A stretch of DNA of 33,242 nucleotides, taken from the NCBI GenBank assembly GCA_015233755.1, contig JADFXA010000002.1, positions 1 through 33,242 on the forward strand, in the 5' to 3' direction. The notes under the pieces were generated by a model. That model was not told the origin of the DNA and made no database searches. It saw nothing but the letters and a program-made list of their open reading frames with translations. Below, piece by piece: positions 1 through 9,293 of this stretch. The stretch's first letter is position 1. The number at the start of each line of letters is the position of its first letter. Source of the DNA: Desulfamplus sp. (GTDB taxonomy: Bacteria; Desulfobacterota; Desulfobacteria; Desulfobacterales; Desulfobacteraceae). Both the position numbers and the translations under genes were made by a program.

Positions 1-2
1 TT

Positions 3-671
3 GATAAAGAGGCTTCTGTTTTTGAAGCTCATGAAAAAATGACATCAAATAAAATCAGACATCTTCCTGTTGTTGATGGGGAGAAAAGACTCATAGGTAT
101 TGTAACAGATAGAGATATTAGAAGCGCTATGCCTTTCAGCCTCTTAAAAGGTAGAGAGATTGGTGATGAAAATTCAAGTTGTTCGGCAGAGGAAGAAAAG
201 GCAAAAATAGCTGCTCTTAAAGTAAAGGATATAATGACAGCAAATCCTATTACCATTTCTCCGATGTACACGATTCAAGATGCACTTTTGATGATTCAGC
301 GTGAAAAAGTTGGAGCTTTTCCAGTAGTTGACAGCGATGGCACACTTACAGGTATTCTATCTGTTAGAGATCTGCTTAGAGCGTTTATAAATGTTCTTGG
401 TATAAATGAGCCAGGTACCTTAGTTGGTATTCTTGTTGAAGAGAAGATAGGTCAGTTGAAAAAAATCGTTGATGCAATTACTGAAGAACAAATCTCATTT
501 GGGAGCATTCTTGTGGCAAGACACTGGGAACCAAATACAAGAGCGGTATTTACATATCTTTTGACTAATAATGTGATGCGGGTTAAAAAGAAACTTAAAT
601 CTCTTGGCTATACACTTCTTGATCCTATGGAGTGGTATTTAGACCAACTGCCGAAATCTGATAAAAATTAA
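3..671 (+). CDS. CBS-pair plus C-terminal ACT-like domain protein (AcuB-like), 5' end outside the window
   Basis: The frame is open from nt 3 (DKEASVFEAHEK-MTSNKIRHLPVV). Two CBS motifs (IRHLPVVD..LIGIVTDRDIR; GAFPVVD..GILSVRDLL) are followed by an ACT-like region (VEEKIGQLKKIVDAI). Confidence 0.85.
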   Translation, partial: DKEASVFEAHEKMTSNKIRHLPVVDGEKRLIGIVTDRDIRSAMPFSLLKGREIGDENSSCSAEEEKAKIAALKVKDIMTANPITISPMYTIQDALLMIQREKVGAFPVVDSDGTLTGILSVRDLLRAFINVLGINEPGTLVGILVEEKIGQLKKIVDAITEEQISFGSILVARHWEPNTRAVFTYLLTNNVMRVKKKLKSLGYTLLDPMEWYLDQLPKSDKN

Positions 672-696
672 TATAATGTAAAACATGAGGAATTAA

Positions 697-1077
697 ATGG
701 CACTATCTGTTTTATTAGTTGATGATTCAAAATTTGTCAGAAAAGGGATTGCTAAAGAGCTTCCCACCATTTTAGTTGACAAAGAGCTTATGTTTAGTGA
801 AGCCAGCAATGGAAATGAAGCTCTTGAACTTTTATATGCCAACTCCTATGATATTGTATTTTTGGATTTAACCATGCCTGAAAAGACGGGCTACGATGTG
901 CTTGAGGCTCTTAGAGAGAGAAATATAAAAGCCAATATTGTTGTTCTAACAGCAGATATTCAGCCTGAATCGGAAAAAATTGTTAGGTCACTTGGTGCTA
1001 TTGGTTATATGGAAAAACAAAGACCCCTCAACAGAGAGGCTTTAATGAAAGTTTTACAGGAAATTAATATCTTATGA
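697..1077 (+). CDS. Single-domain response regulator (CheY-like receiver)
   Basis: LLVDD acidic pocket, FLDLTMP phospho-acceptor Asp, VLTAD Thr; RBS GAGG upstream. Confidence 0.9.
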   Translation: MALSVLLVDDSKFVRKGIAKELPTILVDKELMFSEASNGNEALELLYANSYDIVFLDLTMPEKTGYDVLEALRERNIKANIVVLTADIQPESEKIVRSLGAIGYMEKQRPLNREALMKVLQEINIL

Positions 1078-1718
1078 GCCATATACAATATACAGATGAT
1101 CAATATGAGATGTTAAAAGAGGTGGTCAATCTTGCCATGGGACAGGCTGGAAAGGACCTTGCTACAATACTGAACTCTTTTGTTGATCTCTCTGTCCCTG
1201 AAATACAGATAGTTGAGGCGGAACACATTGCAGAAAAAGTGCTTAAGGAGAGCGTATTTGCAGAGAGTGAAAATGTAAACCTTTTTAGACAGAGCTTTCA
1301 CAGCCTATCATTTATGGATGGGGAATCTATAGTTATTTTTAATAATGAAACACGTCAAAGATTTGCCCAAATTCTCGGTGTATCAGGCCAGCTTAACGCC
1401 ATAGAAGAGATTGACTTTATGCTTGAGCTGACCAATTTGATGGTAGGAGCTTGTCTAAATAGTATATCTGGGCAGTTATTTAACCAAAAGATGTCTTTTT
1501 CTCCGCCAGAACTGCTTTCAGAAAATTGTGTGTTTAGAAATATTGCCTACGAAATCTTTAAACGCCGTAATTTAAAATGGGAATACACCCTTTTATCAAA
1601 AATCACATTTGTTTTAAAAGATAGGTCGTTTAAAAGCGATCTGTTAATTTTTATATCTGAAAAAGCCATTCAGGCGGTCAACGAATCACTAAATAAAATG
1701 CTGGCTGATTATGAATAA
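1074..1718 (+). CDS. CheC/CheX-family phosphatase-like protein
   Basis: Two E-x-x-N motifs (KEVVNLAMG, LELTNLMVG), plus VDLSVPEI and FSPP as in CheC; ATGA overlap with the receiver gene. Confidence 0.8.
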   Translation: MSHIQYTDDQYEMLKEVVNLAMGQAGKDLATILNSFVDLSVPEIQIVEAEHIAEKVLKESVFAESENVNLFRQSFHSLSFMDGESIVIFNNETRQRFAQILGVSGQLNAIEEIDFMLELTNLMVGACLNSISGQLFNQKMSFSPPELLSENCVFRNIAYEIFKRRNLKWEYTLLSKITFVLKDRSFKSDLLIFISEKAIQAVNESLNKMLADYE

Positions 1719-2721
1719 CATTGTAATTGATAATATTCAGACACTTCACGACATCATTGACCATATTAATATTGGTATCACAGTGCTTGATACTCACAAT
1801 CATGTCATATTCTGGAATCGTTTTATGGTAAAACATAGCGGTATCAGTGAATCAGATCTTATTGGCAAGAACCTTTTTGATGTCTTTACCTATCTTCCAA
1901 GACAGTGGCTTGAGCTTAAGCTAAAGAGTGTAAGGCTGATTAAAAATTACTCCTTTGTCTCTTGGACACAAAAACCTTATCTTTTCCGCTTTAACCACAA
2001 CCGTATGATAAGCGGAGAGAGTATTGAATATATGCACCAAGACTGCACTTTTATACCTGTGCATAATTCAGACACAGGAGAAACTTATGTCTGCATAGCC
2101 ATACATGATATGACAGATGTCGTGGCATCTCAACAAAAGATAATGGAGATCAATGACATAAACAAAACTCTTGAACACATGACAAACCATGATGGACTTA
2201 CAGCAATATTCAATCGTGAGTATGTAGAAAAACAGATAGAGTATGAATTCTCTAAGGCAAAACGATATGGGAGTCTATTTTCTATTATTTTGTTTGACAT
2301 TGACAAATTTAAAAATGTCAATGACACCTTTGGTCATCTTGCAGGTGATGAGGTGTTAAGAAATACTGCATCAACCATAAAGTCTCAGTTGCGCTCTTCA
2401 GATGTTTTTGGACGATATGGAGGAGAGGAATTTATGATCCTTCTTCCTGAGACCAATTTAGAAAATACAGCTTTTCTATCTCAGCGAATAAGACATAACA
2501 TTGAAAAGATGGTAACTATTTATGATAATACCGAGATAAAGATAACTATAAGTATCGGAGTCGTACAGTTTAGACCAGATATAAAAGACCATCTTCAGAT
2601 GGTGCATGAGGCTGATATTGCTCTTTACCACTCTAAACAAAACGGTAGAAACGCGGTAACTCAATACAAAATTACAGGGTGCAATTTGCTAAATTGTTCT
2701 TTATCTTTTAACAAAGCCTGA
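1711..2721 (+). CDS. PAS-GGDEF diguanylate cyclase
   Basis: N-terminal PAS-like region (GITVLD..VIFWN..LIGKNLFDVF), DGLTAIFNR, DIDKFKNVND, RSSD I-site and GRYGGEEF active site; overlaps the upstream gene by 8 nt. Confidence 0.93.
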   Translation: MNNIVIDNIQTLHDIIDHINIGITVLDTHNHVIFWNRFMVKHSGISESDLIGKNLFDVFTYLPRQWLELKLKSVRLIKNYSFVSWTQKPYLFRFNHNRMISGESIEYMHQDCTFIPVHNSDTGETYVCIAIHDMTDVVASQQKIMEINDINKTLEHMTNHDGLTAIFNREYVEKQIEYEFSKAKRYGSLFSIILFDIDKFKNVNDTFGHLAGDEVLRNTASTIKSQLRSSDVFGRYGGEEFMILLPETNLENTAFLSQRIRHNIEKMVTIYDNTEIKITISIGVVQFRPDIKDHLQMVHEADIALYHSKQNGRNAVTQYKITGCNLLNCSLSFNKA

Positions 2722-2779
2722 TTCATGAACAGCCATCCAACAAAGTATGGCGGGGTATCTGTAAAAGGAATTTTTCATT

Positions 2780-3979
2780 ATGAAAACAGAAGAGTATATT
2801 GAGATTGAAAATAAATTTGGTGCACATAACTACAAACCACTTGATGTAGTGTTGTCTAAAGGTGAAGGAATATGGGTCTGGGATGTAGATGGTAATAAAT
2901 ATTTGGACTGCCTTTCTGCATACTCTGCTGTAAACCAAGGCCATTGTCATCCCAAAATCAGGCAGGCAATGATTGATCAGGCAGGACAACTTACCTTGAC
3001 TTCAAGAGCGTTTAGAAACGATCAACTAGCACTATTTTATAAAGAGCTTTGTGAACTTACAGAGTCTCACAAAGTTTTACCAATGAATTCAGGGGCAGAG
3101 GCTGTTGAAACAGCTATAAAATGTGTCCGAAAATGGGGTTATGAATCAAAAGGTGTAGAACATGATAAAGCTGAAATAATAGTTTGTGACAACAACTTTC
3201 ATGGCAGAACCCTTGCTATTATAGGATTTAGCAGTGATGAGAACTCACGTAAAAGTTTTGGACCTTTTGTCTCTGGATTCAAATCAATTCCATTTGGAGA
3301 TGCAAAAGCTCTTGAAGATGCAATAACCCCAAATACAGTGGCATTTATGGTTGAGCCGATTCAAGGAGAAGCAGGTGTTATAATTCCACCAGTTGGCTAT
3401 CTTAAAAAAGTTAGAGAGATATGCACAAAAAATAATGTGGTTCTAATTCTTGATGAAATTCAGACTGGTCTTGGCAGAACAGGCAAAATGCTTGCAGAAG
3501 AGCATGAGGGAATTCAAGCTGATTTAACCCTTATTGGTAAGGCTTTGTCTGGCGGCTTCTATCCTGTATCAGCGGTTCTTTCAAATGAAGCTGTGCTTGG
3601 TCTTTTAAAACCTGGGCAGCACGGCAGCACATTCGGAGGTAATCCTTTGGCATGTGCTGTGGCAAGGGAGGCTTTAAAAGTTTTAAAAGAGGAGAATATG
3701 ATTGAGAATGCTGCTTCTATGGGACAATTTTTTCTTGATGAGCTTAAAAAAATTGATAATCCATCAATAAAAGAGGTTAGAGGCAGAGGACTTATGATTG
3801 CAATTGAGCTCTTTGAAGGGACACAAGGCGGGGCAAGGGCAATCTGCGAAAAACTTATGAAAATGGGAATTCTTTGCAAAGAGACTCACACTTGGACAAT
3901 TAGGTTTGCTCCGCCGTTAGTCATCACAAAATCTGATATTGAATGGGCTATGGAAAAGATAAAAATTGCGTTTAATTAG
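2780..3979 (+). CDS. rocD: Ornithine-oxo-acid aminotransferase (class III PLP)
   Basis: [64 protein letters not shown] (PLP Lys), [11 protein letters not shown]. Confidence 0.95.
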   Translation: MKTEEYIEIENKFGAHNYKPLDVVLSKGEGIWVWDVDGNKYLDCLSAYSAVNQGHCHPKIRQAMIDQAGQLTLTSRAFRNDQLALFYKELCELTESHKVLPMNSGAEAVETAIKCVRKWGYESKGVEHDKAEIIVCDNNFHGRTLAIIGFSSDENSRKSFGPFVSGFKSIPFGDAKALEDAITPNTVAFMVEPIQGEAGVIIPPVGYLKKVREICTKNNVVLILDEIQTGLGRTGKMLAEEHEGIQADLTLIGKALSGGFYPVSAVLSNEAVLGLLKPGQHGSTFGGNPLACAVAREALKVLKEENMIENAASMGQFFLDELKKIDNPSIKEVRGRGLMIAIELFEGTQGGARAICEKLMKMGILCKETHTWTIRFAPPLVITKSDIEWAMEKIKIAFN

Positions 3980-4035
3980 TAAAAGCTAAAATATCAGCAA
4001 TTCTAATTTTGAAAGTTGTCTTATGATAATTTTTA

Positions 4036-4094
4036 TAGCCAAGCTATAAATAGCACGGCTAAAGTTTAAAGAAGTCCACCAAAGTGGTGGACTT
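4036..4094. repeat. Double-hairpin REP-like palindromic element (may also terminate rocD)
   Basis: TAGCC-aa-GCTA-taaa-TAGC-ac-GGCTA (4036-4061) followed by the perfect 10-bp stem AAGTCCACCA-aag-TGGTGGACTT (4072-4094). Confidence 0.6.
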
Positions 4095-4136
4095 TAATGA
4101 CGGTCGGCCAAAACCCGCTCCAATTTAAAATAGAAC

Positions 4137-5741
4137 ATGAAAAAACAACCCCTTACAACCGATGAGAGGCGATTTTTTAAAACAGTCTATCACGCATCTT
4201 TTGCCAATCCTTTTGGTGAACTACGTGAAAAATTAGATAGAAAAATTGCAGGTCTTGTTGGGCTTGCCTCAAATAGAGATAATCTAACTCTAAACAAAGA
4301 TAATCTATTTTCCCGAAGGGAAATTTCAGACCGTTGTATTCAAGAAGTTGATTTAAGGATTAAACAGCTTGCCAATCAAGGTAGAGGCTCTATCAACGCT
4401 TTTACAGGCCAAGATAGAGAGATTATGAGAGTTGTTTTTCTATTTGATATTTTTCATAAATTTAGAGAACAGTTTGATAAGTTAATAGTTGATCAGATAA
4501 AAGCTGGTGATACACCAATACCTGTCTTATTTGCCAAAGATGCAGCGGCTATGCTGTACCGATGCGGATTTACTGAAAAGAGCTTTAACCATTATATTGC
4601 CTTTTCATTTCAGCTGCGCAGAGCATTCTTTTTTATCTCAAATTCGCTTGTTGGAATAAGCCCATGTATGAGAGAGCTTAAAGGTAATCTTTGGAATAAC
4701 GTCTTTACCAACAACATCGGACTTTATGATAAAATTCTTTGGAATAGAATGGAGGATTTTTCCACTCTGATACTTGGAGAGACTGGAACAGGTAAAGGAA
4801 CAGCTGCTATGGCTATTGGCAGGAGCGGTTTTATCCCATTTAATGAGAAAAAAGGTTGCTTTGAGGAGAGCTTTACAAAGGCATTTATTCCGATAAATCT
4901 ATCTCAATTTCCTGAATCCCTGCTTGAATCTGAGTTATTTGGACATAAAAAAGGAGCTTTTACAGGTGCGGTAGATGATTATCACGGAGTATTTGATCAC
5001 TGTAGTCAACATGGAGCAATTTTTCTTGATGAGGTTGGTGAGGTTTCAAACCATGTTCAAATTAAACTTCTAAGAGTTCTGCAAGATAGAGTTTTTACAC
5101 CTGTAGGAAGCCATATTACATCAAGGTTTAGAGGCAGGGTTATTGCAGCAACAAATCGGCCAATGGCTGAAATCATGGATGGAAAAATATTTAGAGATGA
5201 TTTCTATTATCGCCTTAGTTCCGATATATTTGAAGTGCCGCCTTTAAGAAAACGGATAAAAGAAGAGCCTGCGGAGTTAGAACTGTTGTTATCTTTTACT
5301 GTTGAAAAGATTTTAGGAGAGCCATTTCCTGAACTTGTAAAGAGAATTATTACAGTTATAAACAGACAGCTCGGTAGAGATTACCATTGGCCTGGTAATG
5401 TCAGAGAACTTGAGCAGTGTGTTAAAAGAGTAATCTTAAGAAGGCACTATCAAGGACACTCTAAAGCAGAAATATTTGAATCATCGTCTAAAATAGAGTT
5501 GAGCAAAAGAGATGAAGTATTAGAGTTAAAACAATCAGAAGAGCTGCAACTAAAAATATTTGAACCTATTGAGCTTGATCAATCTTTAATTCGTAGAATT
5601 AAAAATGGAGAGGTCGATGCAACAACCTTAATTTCTGACTATTGCAAATATCTATATAAACGATACAGCACTTATGAAGCAGTTGCAAAGACAACGGGTC
5701 TTGATAGGCGCACTGTTAAAAAATATATAACAACACAATAA
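4137..5741 (+). CDS. Sigma54-dependent transcriptional activator (bEBP AAA+) with unrecognised N-terminal domain and C-terminal HTH
   Basis: Walker A GETGTGKG, ESELFGH..GAFTGA, Walker B IFLDEVGE, RVIAATN, FRDDFYYRL, WPGNVRELE, HTH YEAVAKTTGLDRRTVKKY. Confidence 0.92.
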   Translation: MKKQPLTTDERRFFKTVYHASFANPFGELREKLDRKIAGLVGLASNRDNLTLNKDNLFSRREISDRCIQEVDLRIKQLANQGRGSINAFTGQDREIMRVVFLFDIFHKFREQFDKLIVDQIKAGDTPIPVLFAKDAAAMLYRCGFTEKSFNHYIAFSFQLRRAFFFISNSLVGISPCMRELKGNLWNNVFTNNIGLYDKILWNRMEDFSTLILGETGTGKGTAAMAIGRSGFIPFNEKKGCFEESFTKAFIPINLSQFPESLLESELFGHKKGAFTGAVDDYHGVFDHCSQHGAIFLDEVGEVSNHVQIKLLRVLQDRVFTPVGSHITSRFRGRVIAATNRPMAEIMDGKIFRDDFYYRLSSDIFEVPPLRKRIKEEPAELELLLSFTVEKILGEPFPELVKRIITVINRQLGRDYHWPGNVRELEQCVKRVILRRHYQGHSKAEIFESSSKIELSKRDEVLELKQSEELQLKIFEPIELDQSLIRRIKNGEVDATTLISDYCKYLYKRYSTYEAVAKTTGLDRRTVKKYITTQ

Positions 5742-5811
5742 AAATTTGGAATTATAAATAAACAAATAAAAACAAAAATAGTTATGGGAAAATTAATAAA
5801 GAGGTTTACCA

Positions 5812-6699
5812 ATGCTTGATTTTTTACCAGAATTTTTGAAAGGCAGTTTATCTTTTGTATTGTATCTTATTAACACAATAATTTGCTGCTCAATTCTATT
5901 TTGTGTATCATTGATTAAACTTATTGTTCGTGTTCCATCTTTAAAAAAATATTATGACATTATGCTTATATCCATTGCCATGACATGGGTAAGAATCAAT
6001 GTTTTCAATTCTGATCTTTTCAACCGTATTGAGTGGACATTCAAAGGAGCAGAAGGGCTGCAAAAAAGAGAGTGGTATCTTCTTCTATCTAACCACCAAT
6101 CATGGGTAGATATTTTGGTGCTGCAAAAAATGTTTGCAGACAAAGTACCAATGCTTAAATTTTTCCTAAAAAAAGAGCTTATTTGGGTTCCAATTTTAGG
6201 ACTTGCATGGTGGGCATTAGATTTTCCATTTATGAGGCGATACTCAAGTCAATTTCTTAAACAAAATCCCCATCTAAAAGGCAAAGACCTTGAAAGTACT
6301 AAAAAAGCGTGTGAAAAATTTAGAACGGTTCCAGTTTGTGTGGTCAATTTTGTTGAAGGAACTCGTTTCACAACAGAAAAGCATAAGAGACAACAATCTC
6401 CATATACTCACCTTTTAAACCCCAAAGCAGGTGGGGTTGCCTTTGTGTTAAGTGCGATGGGTGACTGTATCCATAAAATCATCAATGTAACCATAATCTA
6501 TCCTGATGGCGCAGACACCTTCTGGGGATTTATATCAGGAAGAATTCGCAGAATTATCGTAGATGTTGAGGTACTTCCCATAACTTCTGATATTCAAGGA
6601 GACTACTTTAATGATGATAAGTTCAGAGAAAAATTTTGCAACTGGATAAATAAACTATGGAGAGATAAAGATATAAAAATAAGTAAACTTGTAGGATGA
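5812..6699 (+). CDS. PlsC-family acyltransferase (YihG-like)
   Basis: NHQSWVD (HxxxxD), FFLKKELIWVP, WWALDFPFMRRY, FVEGTRFT, PKAGG. Confidence 0.9.
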   Translation: MLDFLPEFLKGSLSFVLYLINTIICCSILFCVSLIKLIVRVPSLKKYYDIMLISIAMTWVRINVFNSDLFNRIEWTFKGAEGLQKREWYLLLSNHQSWVDILVLQKMFADKVPMLKFFLKKELIWVPILGLAWWALDFPFMRRYSSQFLKQNPHLKGKDLESTKKACEKFRTVPVCVVNFVEGTRFTTEKHKRQQSPYTHLLNPKAGGVAFVLSAMGDCIHKIINVTIIYPDGADTFWGFISGRIRRIIVDVEVLPITSDIQGDYFNDDKFREKFCNWINKLWRDKDIKISKLVG

Positions 6700-6719
6700 A
6701 TGTAATTGGGATAACTGAG

Positions 6720-7715
6720 TCAATTAAAATTTTGTAGAAACTCTATTGGGTTTTTAATAGCAACGGTAAGATACATATCACCTCTTACAGCATAAGAGCC
6801 TGCTCTACCCATACCAGCAAGCCTTATGCGAGTTCCGTTAGTAACTCCAGGTGGAATCTTCACACTGTAAAGCCTTGTGTAAAACCCCCAAGGAATATTT
6901 ACCAACTTTAATGCACCTGAAATTGCCTCAAGAGAGGTTATCTCAATAGTGCCAGCAAGGTCTAATGTATGTTCGATTGGTTTGGGATTTATATTTTGAA
7001 GTTTTGGCGTTGTTTTCCTTGCTGTTAAAGCTTTTAGTTTATCTTCACCAGCAGGTTGAAGACGCTCACCCCACATTTTTACAATTGCAATACCAGCAAT
7101 AAATCCTCCAACATGTGCCCACCATGCAATGCCAGAAACCCCTCCGCTCTCTGTAGCATTATAAAACTGAATCAAAAACCAGAAACCAAGAAATATAAAA
7201 GCTGGAATATCAACAAACCATGGGATAATAACTATTGGAATTATGGTTAAAATTTTTGCTTTTGGATACAAGATAAAATATGCCCCCATTACACCTGCAA
7301 TTGCTCCACTTGCACCTATTGTTGGAATTGGAGAGAGAGGATTTAGAAAGAAATGTAGGAGTGCGGAAGCAACTCCGCAAATAATATAGAACCCTATAAA
7401 TCTTAAAGCACCAAGATACTCTTCAACATTATCTCCAAAAATATATAAAAACCACATATTACCAAGAAAATGCCAGAAACTGCCGTGAAGAAACATATAC
7501 GAAATAGTTGAAAATAGCATATCATAAACAGAGAACACTGCTGATATTTCAGGTACAGTTAGTTTTGCAGGAACAAAGCCATATCTGTAAATAAAAGCAC
7601 TAAGTTCTGTTCCCATACCAACCTGTATGAGATAGAAAAAGGTATTAGCAGTTATAATTATATAGGTAACAACTGGAATGGTAGAAGAGGCGATTGTATC
7701 CCTAATGGGTATCAT
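6720..7715 (-). CDS. Rhomboid-family intramembrane serine protease with fused C-terminal DnaJ_C-like domain
   Basis: MIPIRD start, MFLHG..HFLGNMWFL.IFG, GASG (Ser), WWAHVGG (His); C-terminal EITSLEAISG..VKIPPGVTNGTRIRLAGMG..GDMYLTV. Confidence 0.88.
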   Translation of the reverse strand: MIPIRDTIASSTIPVVTYIIITANTFFYLIQVGMGTELSAFIYRYGFVPAKLTVPEISAVFSVYDMLFSTISYMFLHGSFWHFLGNMWFLYIFGDNVEEYLGALRFIGFYIICGVASALLHFFLNPLSPIPTIGASGAIAGVMGAYFILYPKAKILTIIPIVIIPWFVDIPAFIFLGFWFLIQFYNATESGGVSGIAWWAHVGGFIAGIAIVKMWGERLQPAGEDKLKALTARKTTPKLQNINPKPIEHTLDLAGTIEITSLEAISGALKLVNIPWGFYTRLYSVKIPPGVTNGTRIRLAGMGRAGSYAVRGDMYLTVAIKNPIEFLQNFN

Positions 7716-7836
7716 TGCGATAAACCTTATAGCATTTTATACTGTTCTCGATCATAAGTTGAATTTTGTATTTATAAAAGCTAAATTTCTTCCCGTTTGA
7801 AATATAAACTCTGATTTAAAAGTTTTAATTTGGCAA

Positions 7837-8724
7837 TTATTTAATTACTCTTAATACATGATCTTTTTGGAGAAATTGCCGAAGAGCCTTCAATATAACC
7901 ATTGCGGCATCTTCAATATCCATTACATCAACTCCTAAAACGTAATTTGTTTTAACATTTAATTTATCATCATTTTTAGTATCTAATTCAACAAATTCTT
8001 TGCTCTCATTACGACAAGATTCAAGCAGTTTTTTATTGCCTGAATCAAGCCCAAGTTTTACCTTTATCGTATCTGATAGAGAAAAGTATAGCGAGCCAAT
8101 CTGATTTTCAAATGAGTTTGCAATAACAGATCTTGTTCTAAGATGCATTGATTCAGCAAGAAATTTTATAGCATCATCAACAGTTGTACAAATAACTTCT
8201 GGTTTTCGCTGAAAAAGGATAATATCGTCAGCTCTCAACTCTTCTGGGGAACTCTCCATCAACTCCATATATATAAATGTCTCGATTATTGATTTAACAG
8301 ATCTGTAAATAAAAGGGTCTTGGCTTGTATTTGAACCTGCAACATTTAAAACCTCAATCTCATTGCTATTAATAAAATCATGCAATATCACAGCCCCCTC
8401 AAACTCGTCCATCTCCATAAGATCGATATGACACCAACTCTTATTTAGTCTTGATGCAATTTTTTGAGTCATAAGTGAAAGACCGATTAGTACTCCATGA
8501 GAAATTATAAGAGTTGCATCAGAATCAATAATATTTTGCTCTATTTTTTTAGAGCAGTTCTCTATATCAATATCATTGAGTTGATAAACTTCGGAAAAAG
8601 AGTCTTGTCCTGATTTTTTTCCAAAAATAAGAGAGCCTCCATGAGCAAGATTAAATTTTATTGCTGTATCAAGAGCTGCTTTTTCAGCACCACTTTGTCC
8701 CCCTGAAATTATCTTTCTCAGCAT
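7837..8724 (-). CDS. Putative molybdenum-carrier/YpsA-type SLOG domain protein with C-terminal helical domain
   Basis: KIISGGQSGAEKAALD, NIIDSDATLII, EVLNVAG; C-terminal TVDDAIKFL..LYFSL..IK..LGL..GN..LLESC..DAAMVIL resembles DUF6794 (recalled, not searched). Confidence 0.7.
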   Translation of the reverse strand: MLRKIISGGQSGAEKAALDTAIKFNLAHGGSLIFGKKSGQDSFSEVYQLNDIDIENCSKKIEQNIIDSDATLIISHGVLIGLSLMTQKIASRLNKSWCHIDLMEMDEFEGAVILHDFINSNEIEVLNVAGSNTSQDPFIYRSVKSIIETFIYMELMESSPEELRADDIILFQRKPEVICTTVDDAIKFLAESMHLRTRSVIANSFENQIGSLYFSLSDTIKVKLGLDSGNKKLLESCRNESKEFVELDTKNDDKLNVKTNYVLGVDVMDIEDAAMVILKALRQFLQKDHVLRVIK

Positions 8725-8744
8725 GATTTGCCCTGTTTGATTTA

Positions 8745-8765
8745 TTTGACTTTTTGCGAAACTAT
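8745..8765 (+). repeat. Solo end of a deltaproteobacterial MITE-like repeat (TTTGACTTTTTGCGAAACTAT)
   Basis: Resembles the GACTTTTTACGAxxxCATC terminal motif of short repeats that I recall as common in Desulfobacterota intergenic regions; no partner end found nearby. Confidence 0.4.
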
Positions 8766-8921
8766 TTTTATCCAGTAAATGAAACTTTCACTGCAATTGG
8801 TTGGTATTAAGCCTAAGCTTCTCAATCAAGGTTAGATTATAAGTCAGCCCATAGCTTTATCTTAGATCGATAAATAAAATTCAAAGTTTAAATTAAGACC
8901 GTGTAAAGTATAACTATAAAG

Positions 8922-9191
8922 TTATTTCCAACCAGCTTCTTTCTCACACTCTGCCATCTCTTTAGGATGACTGTTTTCCCACTCTGTAACAGATTTAGTT
9001 TCATCTGAATCCATCTTGTCATTCATACAGTGGCAATATACCATCACGGTTTCAGTGGAGACACCTTCTTTCTTGTTATCCTTCATACATTTAGTTATCC
9101 AATCAGTATCATCCTCACCAGCAAGGATAAATGTTTGACTTCCTACAATAATTGCCAAAGCAAGCAGCATTGCAATAATAACTTTACGCAT
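8922..9191 (-). CDS. Small secreted protein with four cysteines (hypothetical)
   Basis: Start revised to the ATG at 9191 (AGGAG RBS 7 nt upstream; MRKVIIAMLLALAIIVG signal peptide). Mature part: W..KC..DN, YCHCMNDKM, EWE, ECEKEAGWK. Confidence 0.75.
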   Translation of the reverse strand: MRKVIIAMLLALAIIVGSQTFILAGEDDTDWITKCMKDNKKEGVSTETVMVYCHCMNDKMDSDETKSVTEWENSHPKEMAECEKEAGWK

Positions 9192-9293
9192 AACTTTTCT
9201 CCTTAGGTTAATATAAATTTTCAGATTTCTAATCAATACAACGCTTCATACTCTACAAGGTCTTAATTTAAGCTTTGAATTTTTATTTACATT

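Noticed and set aside
8680-8740. Minus-strand ACAGGGCAAATC resembling the start of a c-di-GMP-I riboswitch
   Set aside because: It runs directly into the start codon and coding sequence; the GAAA-capped stem and downstream conserved elements are absent.
9192-9236. Longer N-terminus of the small secreted protein given in the ORF track
   Set aside because: The RBS and signal peptide support the ATG at 9191.
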